64,000 nt of DNA from Catajapyx aquilonaris (Eukaryota): positions 124,001 through 188,000 of the forward strand of contig KZ537976.1 of NCBI GenBank assembly GCA_000934665.2. Reading direction: 5' to 3'. Both the position numbers and the translations under genes were made by a program. Each line of letters opens with the position of its first letter. The first letter of the stretch is position 1. This document shows, piece after piece, positions 36,801 to 47,792 of this stretch. The notes under the pieces were generated by a model. It did no database searches. It was not told where the DNA came from and saw only the letters and a list, made by a program, of their open reading frames with translations.

Positions 36801-39800
36801 TACACGTCAGCCTCTTCGACACATTCTTGTTCAATTGCGAGAAGGATAGAAAGTTTGCTCGTGATGTAAGTAGCATGTTTAGTCATAATGCTTCAAAATG
36901 CATCTGTTCATCACAGTCCAATGCACTGCAAACAAATAGCTTCAACATCAATTTTAAACATTTCATTACTAGTACTTTAGGTTTAACTTTGAGGTTCCTT
37001 AGTTGCCACCATTTAAAAAGTTTTACATGGCAGCAGAGTTCAGTTGAATGCAAGAAGTTAAGAGTGGGACATGTCATCATAAGAAAATTGCTCAAGTTCA
37101 CGAGAAACTTGGCAAGAGTTTTGAAAAAGACAAACATAATGGTCCGACTAAGATCATTAATGACAAAATTAATTATCCTTGAGAATGTTTTTTAACCAAG
37201 ACTTCTCATCCTGAAAAACTGTATTTTTATTTTTCAATTTCTCTGCCTGGTTGGATAACATTCAATGTGTTAAAATGATCTTTGCATCATGTCATCATCA
37301 GCTGAAAGTCATTACTTTAAGCACGTGTTTTGATAAACCATAATTATGTGTTATGAGCATGTGACAAGAAAATGCAGCAGGAAATATGGATTACTTGGCT
37401 GCAGTCCAAAGATGAATTAATGATTACGACCTTCAACAGAATTGCATTTCATTCTTTCTGTTAAGTCAACCTATAACTCTTATGTGGTGCAGGTGTCTGG
37501 ATTGTGGGCATTGGTTTTTATGAAATGAAATAACTTTTTCGTCCGAAAATAATTATTCTGCCCATCAAACCTGACTGCTAGTTGCTGAGATTGACAAGCT
37601 GGAATGGGTTGCAGAGTAGGAAAATATGCAGGGCTTGACACCTTGGCCGAATTGCCAGAACTCTGTCGTATATCATCACTTTGATATGATGAGACCTTTC
37701 TTAGGTAGTGACTGATAACAGTTTCTATCCAAAATGAAGAGGTTATGACGAGTGTGTTTGCTACCTTCTGACGTTGCGCATCCTTTGGTGATTTTATCAC
37801 ATCGATGCGATAAACTTGATACAGTGTGTAACCACACTAGGGAAGCAATCATGCTTTATTGCGCTCAAATGCTGACCTTGTTACGTTAGTATGACAGTTG
37901 TCATTGCATAAGAAAAATTATATCCCCCCTCCTCTTTAGCTGAGTGGTTATGTGTTTAGCATCACTGGGAGTTAGCAAACATATTCAAGGTGGTGTAATC
38001 TTGGAGGTGTTGACTCACACAGTAAAGATGAGCAATTCGTGGAATGTCACTTGTAGCTTCCTGACCTTTCCCCAACAGGTAATGCCTGCTGTTTTTTTTT
38101 GTAGGCTGTTGACAGGAAAGCTTCTAGGCGTGGTTCTTGCAGCAATAGAAAAAGCAATTCGCAATAGCAGTAGTGTTGCTTTTGCAGATTGAGCCAGGGG
38201 ATTATTGTGCCTGCTGTTGCCACTTGCATCATAAATACCACTTCATCCATATAACAAATAGGATCAATTTGTTTTGCCACATTGATGCATCATTAGAGAA
38301 TGACTTTTTTGCCGTCTTTTGCACATGAAATTATTGGAATATGTAATTCCCATTGAATCAACTAGGATCATCAGTTATTCTTTGCTTGGACTGGCCAATG
38401 AATTTACTGACAAGGTTAAAGTGCACTTGCAGCGAGGCATTAATTTCAGATTGAGGTATTGCTAAAGAAATGTCAGCCTTGAAATTGTGTTTGTAGGTGA
38501 GGGAATAGAAATGCGGTAGGTCAGTTGGCTTTTATTCCTGCCTTTGCAGTGTTACATGACTCTGAAATGCAATTACATAGTCACAGCTCTCAGCTAACAA
38601 GTCAAGCATGCGCCTACACACAAAATATGAACAACGGTCAATGTGGATGTCAGTCCATGGGAAATCTTCATATTCAGATACGCAAAAGAGTGGATGACGA
38701 ATGATGGATGGGGGTTTCACACATTAGGAAGCATTTACATGTTGATGGCACTAATAGTGACTGGCAGGGTGTTTCAGGGACTTAGAATTTAGCATATGTT
38801 ATCTGTTAGTTTAGAAGAGACATGCAGAAAATATTTGACCATCGGCAAGAATCCTTTTCTTTCCTCAACTAAGAAGGGAGTTGCACAATGGGTGGGATTA
38901 TCATATATGAGAAAATTAAATTATGGGTTTTCTTCCTCATGATAGTGATCTGTATAGTTTCTGACAGAGACTATAAGTTACCTGGAACCAAAAGCGATTT
39001 TTCACTGTACATTATTCGTAGTGTAGTCCAGTTTCCCCAAGTATTTAAATTCAATTTTCTGTACCAGGCAAGACTATCCAACATCATTTTAACTAGGTCT
39101 TGCTGTAATTTTGATATGTGTGGTCTAAGGTGCATGGAATGTGATACATGTGCCTCTGAAAGCCAGTTTTAGCTGACCTAAGGTTACTTTGGAGTTGATA
39201 TAATGCCTGTTTTGTAATTGGCAAAGATAGTGCAGGTTATTTTGCACTTACAAAAGAAACTTAATTATTTTTGTTATCTTGTTAGTTCAATTGACCTTTG
39301 GAGTAGCCATTAATGGAGCATCTGTACCTTTCACAGGACTACCGTCGGCCCCTCCCTGTCCGCAGTGTGTGGGAATGGACAGAGCAATTCAGCCAGCAGG
39401 ACATGTCACTCTTCTACAACCCACTCTACACCATTACCAAGCAAGTGCAGCAGCTCAGGGGGTTCAGCAATGGCATAAACCAGCCAGCTCAGACCCAGAA
39501 CTGCTCCGTCTTGGCACACTGGCCATCGAGCAGAGTTTTGAAAAATGTGCGCTATGGCGCTTCTCTTGAACTCTGGCAGCAGTGTTATTTGCGCTGGCTC
39601 CCAGTCCTTGAAATAAGGAGTGGTGGCAGACCTCAGGAGCACTTCCAGGAGCAGTTGTTAGTGGAAGAGGTTGTGCATTTGCAACGCAAAGTGGGGCAAA
39701 TTGAAAAAGGAAGGTTCCCATCGATACCTAATGCAGGAGGGTCCGCATTCAAAGAAGCATCGAGGCTTAAGCTGCATCAGTACGAGACTGTCAATAGCTT

Positions 39801-39939
39801 TTACCCATTCAATCCTGGAGGTGTGAAGGACCATCGGAAGGCATTCTTTTCCAATTCAATCGAGCTGTTGTTGCAGAATAGCTTTTTGTCAGAACTTTCT
39901 GATTCACAGGCTAGGTTTGTGGATGCGGAAGATTTCTAG
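30818..39939 (+). CDS. MTMR10: Myotubularin-related protein 10/11/12-like pseudophosphatase (GRAM-like, myotubularin and 3-PAP regions), about 688 aa, 10 exons
   Basis: Exons 30818-30923, 32140-32435, 32500-32624, 32680-32814, 34695-34856, 34929-35074, 35717-35866, 35924-36096, 36695-36865, 39337-39939 (TAG), with consistent phases. Motifs: [89 protein letters not shown]. Confidence 0.92.
31223..31405. mobile_element. Palindromic MITE, PIF/Harbinger (Tourist)-like
   Basis: Near-complete fold-back, AGGCCCGTACACACAGGCCGTCGACGGTTTTGG...CCAAAACCGTCGACGGCCTGTGTGTATGGGCCT, flanked by TAA on both sides (31220-31222 and 31406-31408). Confidence 0.85.
31409..31597. mobile_element. Second, unrelated palindromic MITE, PIF/Harbinger-like
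   Basis: Terminal repeats AGGTGCGTTTACATGTGAG and CTCACATGGAAACGCACCT, with inner arms CGATGTCATTGCCGAG / CTCGGCAATGACATCG. Flanked by TAA and TTA. Confidence 0.8.
31827..32000. mobile_element. Degenerate Tc1/mariner (pogo/Tigger-type) MITE
   Basis: TGCTGTATTTGATGGCACATAAGACGCAC vs GTGCATCTTACAAGCCGTCAAATGCGGCA form imperfect TIRs. Internal TATAAGACGCAC repeats are typical of this class. Confidence 0.6.
33126..33644. mobile_element. Non-autonomous piggyBac-like element in MTMR intron 4
   Basis: TTAA-CCCTTTGATGGCG ... CGCCATCAAAGGG-TTAA: perfect 13-bp TIRs with CCC/GGG ends and a TTAA target duplication. No transposase ORF. Confidence 0.85.
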
Positions 39940-41813
39940 CAATGGTGGTGTCATGTCGCCCGCATTCGACCCGGTGAGATAAGGCCAAAAAGTATGGATG
40001 CCATAAAGTGTACAAAGGGCCTTTAGAGTGATCCTAGTGCTTCCTGTATGAATCTTTCTGCTGGTATGAGTTAGGCTGGATAAGAAAACTGCATGATGCA
40101 GTATCCTCGTTGAGATGCAAAGGATTAACCACCTTACTGGGTGCGTCATGTTGCATTATTTTATGATTATTATGCCTGGAATACCGTTTCGTTACTTCTG
40201 AAAGTGAAATTACTGGGCAATAATCCGTTAAGATATCCCATATTCACACATGGATTACTGATATTCAGCATTCATAAGGGTACCTGGGTTACAATGAATA
40301 ATGTGCCTCCAAGAAATTCTCAGTAGTTTTATACATATTCATTTGTGCAGTTGTTGGAAGTTGTACAGTATTTACCTGCATGGTTGTCACTTGTTCTACT
40401 GTTTTAACTTTAGAAGAGTAGGAGGTGTGAGGTGGAAGTATTATTAGTAGAAAATATGAAGAGTTTTATCAAGGTCAGGCTAAACTTGTAGCAGAACTAT
40501 GCAGTTGAAGGGGGAGAAAAAAATGAATATAATTCTAATTTTCTAGGATGCTTGTTTTAGTACACATGCAAAATATTAGCAGATAATGAGTTACGGAAAG
40601 CCCTCTCTTCACGTTGTTGCAAAACATGGTGACAAGTGACAGCGACGGCAATTTATTAAGTTGTGCATTAGGTGATTTTAAAATGTTCGAGAGTTGAAGT
40701 GGTGCCGTTGGGAGAGAAGAAAGGAAATTACCATCGACTGATGTGTATTCACTGGATTTGACCCATAATATTTTCAATGATATTAGGTTTTTCTTTGTTA
40801 TTCTAGTTTGTTGTAATATGATAAACTTTTTTTTTCTATTTTGAACACCATTATTTTTTGTCTTAAACTGCTCATCAGTGCGTAACCTGAACCAATTCTG
40901 TGAACAAGTGTGTGCCACAGCTCAAAGGAATGTTGTCTCGTCACCATGTGGCTGTAGATGTGGAATATGGATGTGTGCAGCCGAATAACTGAGTGGGACC
41001 AATGTTGGGAGAAGAATATGCAATAGTGACAAATTTGCAGTATATACCACTATACTGATATGAAAATTTATTTCTGGAATAATCACGTGAAAGTTGTTGT
41101 TCCTTCACGTTTGGAGTTCCAACCATATTTATTTTCATGGTGGCTGCCCTTTTTTCAAGCCATAAAGTAAAAACAGCTGCTACCCAATGATTGTTTGCCA
41201 CCCCCCCTATCACACTTGGCACGTATGCAATCATAAAGACATTGAGGAGAAGTGTTTGTCACAGCGGCATGTCCATTTTCTAGTAAACAACAACAGATTT
41301 GTTTACATAGAGTCATTTGGTTGTTGCACATGAGATTGCTGTCGGTTTTCTTTGACTTTGAAGAAATATCCTTGGTTTTGTAAAATATTTGGGAATATTT
41401 GTAAGGACTGCAAATAATTAGGAGCTATCTGGAATTGATTTTTTTTTTTACTTTCCTAAAATATTCGTTCTTACAGCTGTACAAATTGCCTGAATTGGCT
41501 GGAAAGAGTGCATGAGATCCACACAGGATCCATATTCAGTCTTTAAGTTACATATAAAAATTTCCTCCAACAAAATATCAGGATCGAGAACATGATATAT
41601 GGCACTCGTGCCTCTGCAACACTTGTTATGTAAAATAAAAACTGTACGAGACAAACAGTGCAGTGCAATAGCACACCAACAGTGTACGTACAATGTACAT
41701 AGTCCATTTTTTGTTCAAAAAAAAAATCTCATAATTATGTACAGCAAGTAAAAATACCAAAGGTAGCTAAGTCAATGGATGGAATCATTTCGCACAACCC
41801 CCTTCCACAACCA

Positions 41814-44800
41814 CTACGTGCCGGCAGTCACATTGTTTCCAACGGAACTGTGAGGGTGAGGCGAACCATCATCTGCGTGTCCGTGACCAACTGGAAAGAG
41901 CAAGAAAGCCTGTGGTTAACATCCTCGCTTAATAATAACCCAACCTTCCGTCCCCCCAAGACACATTACAAATTAACTATTGATTGGCAAAATCTGATCA
42001 GCCGGAGAGGATGGGTCTAGGTCTGTAATTCCACTCCACCAGTGACCCATTAATGATCGATCACTATATCAGTGACGCACGACGATCACAGTCGGAATCC
42101 CTCGGAAAAATACGGCATGTGTGCACAGTGCATCAATTGACGCACAACTTGATCAGCAGCGGCTAGCTTCAAAAGCCTTGCGCTTGATTTGCAAGATCAA
42201 AAGGTCGCTTTGAAAGACCTATCGATTAAAAACCACCTGCCTGTTTGAAGGCAGAGTCGATCAAGAGCAAGGTCTTTTTTAGGGAGGTCGGAATAATTTT
42301 CTTTTTCTTTTTCATTTGGTTGAATGACACGTCTGGAGATGTCAGCTGTTTGTCCTTCCCGAGCTGGCTTATCTGGGGCTGTCAGCCAGATAATGGCTCG
42401 CCCTCCGGACGTGAATGCGTAACAGGCGTCTCATTACACGCGTCGTAATGTGAAGTTCAGATTAAGAAACCGGGTGTCCCAAAAAAGCGACTTACGGAAT
42501 ACTTCGGTCATGACCATTATGGTGAAACCGCAGAAGACGGCGACGAACTGGAGGAGTCCGGCGTGGCATTTGGTCCTCTCTCGCTGCAGCACCTCGAAGA
42601 ATGTGACGTACAGCAGCGTGCCGGCAGCCAGACCTTGGAAGATGGCCACTGCCGGACTCTGAAAGTCGTCTTCGTCCACGGTCAGTCCGATGCCGATGGC
42701 CACTCCGGCCGGAGAGGTCAGGGCAAAGACCGCCACGTAGGCCGCGTGGAAAAGGAGCGTGGCACCCGAGGTCACCAGCTCCATACCGATGCAGAAGGAG
42801 ATGACCAGCTTGTGGGTGGCCAACGCTGCGCACAGGTACCACACGTCGGCCGCCGTACGCTGCAAACCGACGGCCATGCCTTCCAACAGCGCGTGGACGG
42901 ACAGCGCCAAGAGGGCCAACAGCGATCTGGAATAGTCCGGACAATTTGTCAGATTAAAAAAAATTAATTAATGGAGACTAATCAGTACCTGAGCCTAGAA
43001 GCAGCTGCTTCTGAGGAGAGCGACTCTGTTGGCTCCTTGGTGACCTCCTCGTGGTCGTGGTGCCGACGCAACTTGGCGCTGACCACCGCCAGTACGTTGT
43101 CGGGCTGGTTGAGCAGCGGTGCGGCTGGGGTGCCATCAGCGGATCGGTCGTGGCTGCTGGAACCGGTGCCAGCCGCGGTGCTGCCGTACGAGCTGTGCTT
43201 GCTGTGCTCCCGGAGAGAGTCAACACCCTTCCGACGAATGTCTCCGTCCAGCCAGTTGGAGCTGCAGCTGTTCATCTGCTGAAAATCAAGGCGCCGACAC
43301 ACCATTTATTAATAGACCTTCATTTTGGCCAGGCTGAAATCCCCTTGCCCTGATTCCAGAGTTGGAAGCTATAACCAGAGTCGAAATTGCGAAACTCTGA
43401 ATTCCGAACGTGGGTATAGCCAGCATCATGACAACATCGGGAGGAATCTGGCCAAGTAAACCTGCGACACATTAAGGCCATTCACACTTCGAGTCACGTT
43501 CCGGACGTGTGTGTACTTATTGTTCGTGAATGAAGCGGACATTCTGCAGATCCGCTGCAGATACTTTTTCTTTGAGGGGCCAAAGGGACCGGCCCTTCGT
43601 TGTTGCTGACATGTACCGTCGGTAATTAGATGCTCTGTTTGTGTCTCTTGGTCTGCTGTATCTCCTAGCAACCAGAGATCGGATCCGGGTTTCTCGGAAA
43701 TATGTTGATGGTCTCTGCAAATCCCGTCCCTGAACCAGGATCATTTTCAGGCAGAAAATGGACAAAGATGTTGACAACCGGTGCTACAAAACAAGTATCA
43801 GGGTTTCAGGCTTGGTATATAATTTAAGCATCATAATTCTTGTTTTCGTCGATTGGCGTATTTCCACTCGTCGTATACGTCAAGACCACGTATGACCAGG
43901 AAGTTGTGGCAGGCAGCAAGGGAATTTATTTCATTCCGGGTGGCATGGGTCGTCTTTACAATCCGATTGTCATCTAGTCCAGCCAGACAATGGTATTATG
44001 AGTATAATGACCGTGCTGGTTAAGAGCAAACAATGCGTCCCGGTGACATTTGCCTTGCTCGTAAATAATTCTCTACCGTCGCACGTCGCAGACAAAACAA
44101 TCGTCTGACAAACTGTGCCTTGTCCATCTCACGCCATTTATTAAAACATGTCAAATCCTCACCACTTATTCGTACAGTCTGTAGGCTAATAATTGATACC
44201 TGCCTCTACATGCCAAGATCACATCTGCAAGAATGGGGTGGGTAAAACATGGATTGCCTCACCAGTGGCACATGCATGATTGTTCCTGCAGGTAGATCTA
44301 GTTGTGCCATATTGTGTAAGGGTAAAGGGCCATGCTGTAACTCGCCCTTGAATTGGGTTGCCTTTATGGCCAGGTGATACGTTGTATGGGAAGCAACCTT
44401 GATAATGATTATTATCAAAGCAGACCGCTCACCTTTCCTCAATTATTGTCATGCCTGCGAATATATGCTCCTGCAGACTGGAACGTTTGCCAATCTTCTT
44501 TATTACTCGGGTGAAGCAAAAGTAACAACTGCTTTTTTTATGCAACGTGTGGGGGCAAACAGAGTAAGACAGGCGGCCAGAATTGAGATATTTTCGCCAC
44601 CTAATTACCCGAAACCATCCCCCTCCCGGAATGTTTGGTTGTTTTCTGAATGGAAAAGGGAATTTCTCCAGCGTAACTGCCAAAATACTTTCTCCGTGCA
44701 CAGGGTGGTCCACTGAGTATAAGGTGACATCAGCAGTGGGGGCGGGGCAACACATGTTGAATTAGCGCATGCGCATACGTACTGGTAGATCCCGATGTGT

Positions 44801-45857
44801 ATGCGGAAGTGTGTTATCCCCCGCCTCCATTGTTGATGACAAATTACAGCGTATTATTCCATAGGAAGGGAATCATAGCGATTTCTTCTGTTTGAACAAG
44901 TGTTCAGTTGAAGGCCTTATTACTTGAGAAGTAGCATTGGCGACCCCGATGAGTGGAGTTGCCACTTCTCAAGTAAGACACCCTTCAAGTGTAACGAAAG
45001 TGGAGCGAAAGTAATCGAGCGTCCCCGGTCGTGTAGACATCGTGGCGATCTCATCAATGGGGTCATGCCGATATAGTTGCCGGTACATAGCGAGATACGG
45101 GGGAGGTGGGAGAAATAGGTTCCTGCTATTGTTTTGTTTATCAGGAACCTCCATCCCACGTCACATGTGCGGCACATTCTTTTCATGCGGAGGGGCCACC
45201 TTCGCAGATACGGAAACAGAAATACCAGCCCCGCATAATCAGAGGGCAAGTGGTGCCGATGACACTTGGCTCTCATTGTGTTAATATTTATAGCTAATAT
45301 ATTTGATGTCATTAAAAGTAGCTGCTTAACTAGCACATGGCCGAATATATCGTCAACTGTTAGATAGAGAGAGTACTGACCTCGTGGTTGTGAGAGTGGT
45401 TGTGAGTGTTCCTGGGTGTCCTGGGGGGCTTGGGAGTGCAGACCTCCTGGTGCTCCTGCTCGTCGTGGTGCTCGTGCAGGTGGTGGTCCTGGGGACGATG
45501 CGTCCTGGCGTACAGCATGTGGTGAGCCAGCTCCTCCACAAAGTACACCAGGAAGAACCCGCCGCACACGAGTATCTCTGACCAGCAAGGAGACTTTCTG
45601 TAGAGATCGGATTCGCCGTATAGGGTGTCCAGCTGCTCCTTGACCTCGGGCATCATGTGGACGAAAGCGGTGGCCAGCAGGACCCCTCCTCCGAAGCACA
45701 GCATGACCGAGAGCACCTTGGTGGCCACCGGTGACCTGTCGCATCCGTCCCTGTCCCACCTGAGCATCCTGGACAGCTTGATGGGCAGCATGCCGCACAG
45801 CATGGACCCGCCCCCGATGACGGTCATGGTCACCACCTTGGCGCTGAGCGGGTCCAT
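41814..45857 (-). CDS. ZIP (SLC39A1/2/3-like, subfamily II) zinc transporter, about 424 aa, 4 coding exons
   Basis: Exons 45381-45857, 42989-43278, 42496-42926, and a probable last exon 41814-41890 (LGHGHADDGSPHPHSSVGNNVTAGT*). Motifs: CFGGGVLLATAFVHMMPE, GFFLVYFVEE, a His-rich loop, ALSVHALLEGMAVG, HKLVISFCIG, GLAAGTLLYVTFFE. A splice acceptor at 45866-45868, just before the ATG, implies an upstream non-coding exon. The final exon was chosen for its strong acceptor and is less certain. Confidence 0.9.
44728..44838. repeat. Imperfect inverted repeat (probable MITE relic) in the first ZIP coding intron
   Basis: CATCAGCAGTGGGGGCGGGGCAACAC pairs with GTGTTATCCCCGCCTCCATTGTTGATG. Confidence 0.55.
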
Positions 45858-47598
45858 CTCGCCGACTAAAAGTAGTGGTACAGTTATGCGCCCAGTCACG
45901 TGACAGGAGGGGAGGTCAAAGCACTGGCATGGGGGCACGAGAGACTGGTGTGCAGGGTTGGAGCTGCCGTGAGCGTGTGTGCCGATCCAGCAACAAGCTA
46001 GAGACGAGATGCAGCAGCAAGTCACGTGGGACGCCGCCTGCGGACATTTCAGGAATGAGGAACATGCCTTCAGTACACTGCGGCTTGTTTGTGCTCCTTG
46101 CCCCTCCCCACCAGAGCCCCCCCTTTTTACACCCCGTGGGGTGGGCGGGTGGGATTTATTACATTTGCTCTACTTGCGGACGACAGAACCCACGTGGTGC
46201 GTCCAATCATCGGCCCCCAGACTGAACGTGTCACACACCAGGAGGGGTTGACATTCGCGTAATCGGGACATTCAGATGAATACCTACGAGATTCACCGTG
46301 ATTCAACGCATGGAGGATTCATCATGATTCACTTATCCTGTGATCCCGTATTTCCTGCATGATTGCCCATTTCTCGGATAATGCCATATGATATAATCAA
46401 GTTTGCTCGAAAAGGACGTCTTAATTACAATCACGATTAACGTGCTTTTTGGATCACCTTGTATAGGTGCAAAAAAGCGCGAAAGTGGAGGCAATAAAGT
46501 GTTTTCTGGGTTTGGTTCGAGCAGGCACCGGGCTGAAGGGGGATTGTAAAATTAAGTCGGATACTTGGTTGACCTATTTTACAAGGATAATGTGTGTGTG
46601 TATGTTATGATGTAACTGGTATGAAGGTCAGAGCGAGGGAAGTAAATCAATGCCAGCAGTAGTTCTGCGGGGTTGGAAAGGAGGGGGGTTGGGACAGGAG
46701 GAGGAGGAGGAGGGGTTGAATTGGCAACAACACTTGCTCTAAAGTGACCGTGGAAATGCACCGGCGCAATGGTAGCGAAAATTTGCACAAAAACTGCTGT
46801 CAAATCGACCGTTTTGTTCGACGATCATATGACGTCGGGGGGGTAAGCAATGCGTTTGATTTGACAAGTACGTCAAACCCCCTGCAGCTATATAGATGCG
46901 TATGAGACACACTGTGGCGTTGCTGATACCATGATTCTTGTGGGTCTGATCGATTTCGCGGAATAGTGTTACGCAAAAGAAAAAAGAGGCTACAATTCGA
47001 TGCCATAATTAGTCATGGAGAGAGTAAAAAGTGCACGTGGTCCATGATGTAATAGCCCCACATGTCTATTTCAGGCTTGGTGAGAAGCAGGCACGTGAAT
47101 GCCAGATTGTTCATCACAGCAACCGGTTTCGAGCGAAGCAAGAGTCACGGAATGCAAGTGTTTTCTGGAGTCAACAATCCGTGACTTCACATGCCAGGTG
47201 GTGGGTGTCGGTTACGTGTAATTTAGCGTAAAATTAGCTCGATTGATATGCTCCAAAAAATCATTCCGTTTCATCCTCTCCTATAGGAAATGAATCCCTG
47301 GAGGTGAGTCCGGTGCTGCCTGGTATGTTGGCAGAAATGGAAGGTTTCGGCAGCAGCCTTGGACCCGTATACGTCACGGTTCCAGGCACTAGGGCCCGAA
47401 CATTATCACGAGCTGCAACATATTTCGGTTCGGTCGGTAATTGGTTTGGGCATGAACGAATCTCCTCACGCATTTTCCCCTCCTGATCAAACCGTGGCCA
47501 ATTTCGGTCTGCCACGGTCCACTTCCGGGAATGAAACATTTTAATGGCCGGCATCATTAGCCTGGACCTCAGATGACACTGATACTTTGTCCGATACA

Positions 47599-47792
47599 CA
47601 GGGTGGTGCAGCATCCAAGTCCGATGGGCCAAGTTACACCGTCGTAAATTTTTTTGCGGTTCTTTAGCTCAATTTGAGTTATTATTCAACGATACAGCTT
47701 ATGAATGATCTTACTCGATATTGAAGTTATTGTTGTGTGAACTATAAATATTTCAACCTCCCTGGTCTCAGACTGAACAATACACCACCCTG
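47599..47792. mobile_element. Putative Tc1/mariner-type MITE relic
   Basis: CAGGGTGGTG ... CACCACCCTG termini followed by TA. Confidence 0.45.

Noticed and set aside
42196..42378. Alternative candidate last exon for ZIP
   Set aside because: It is phase-compatible but has a weak pyrimidine tract. The acceptor at 41891 is much stronger, though this candidate is not excluded without RNA data.
44738..44811. GC-box, NRF1-like (GCGCATGCGCA) and ETS-like (GCGGAAGTG) motif cluster suggesting an internal promoter
   Set aside because: The motifs lie in an imperfect inverted repeat better explained as a MITE relic, and there is no other promoter evidence.
44920..45798. 292-aa minus-strand ORF and other ORFs overlapping ZIP, USP3 and Duox exons
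   Set aside because: These are alternative-frame or antisense shadows of GC-rich real exons.
45948..45954. Single metal-response-element core (TGCACAC, minus strand) upstream of the ZIP ATG
   Set aside because: One 7-bp degenerate match is expected by chance.
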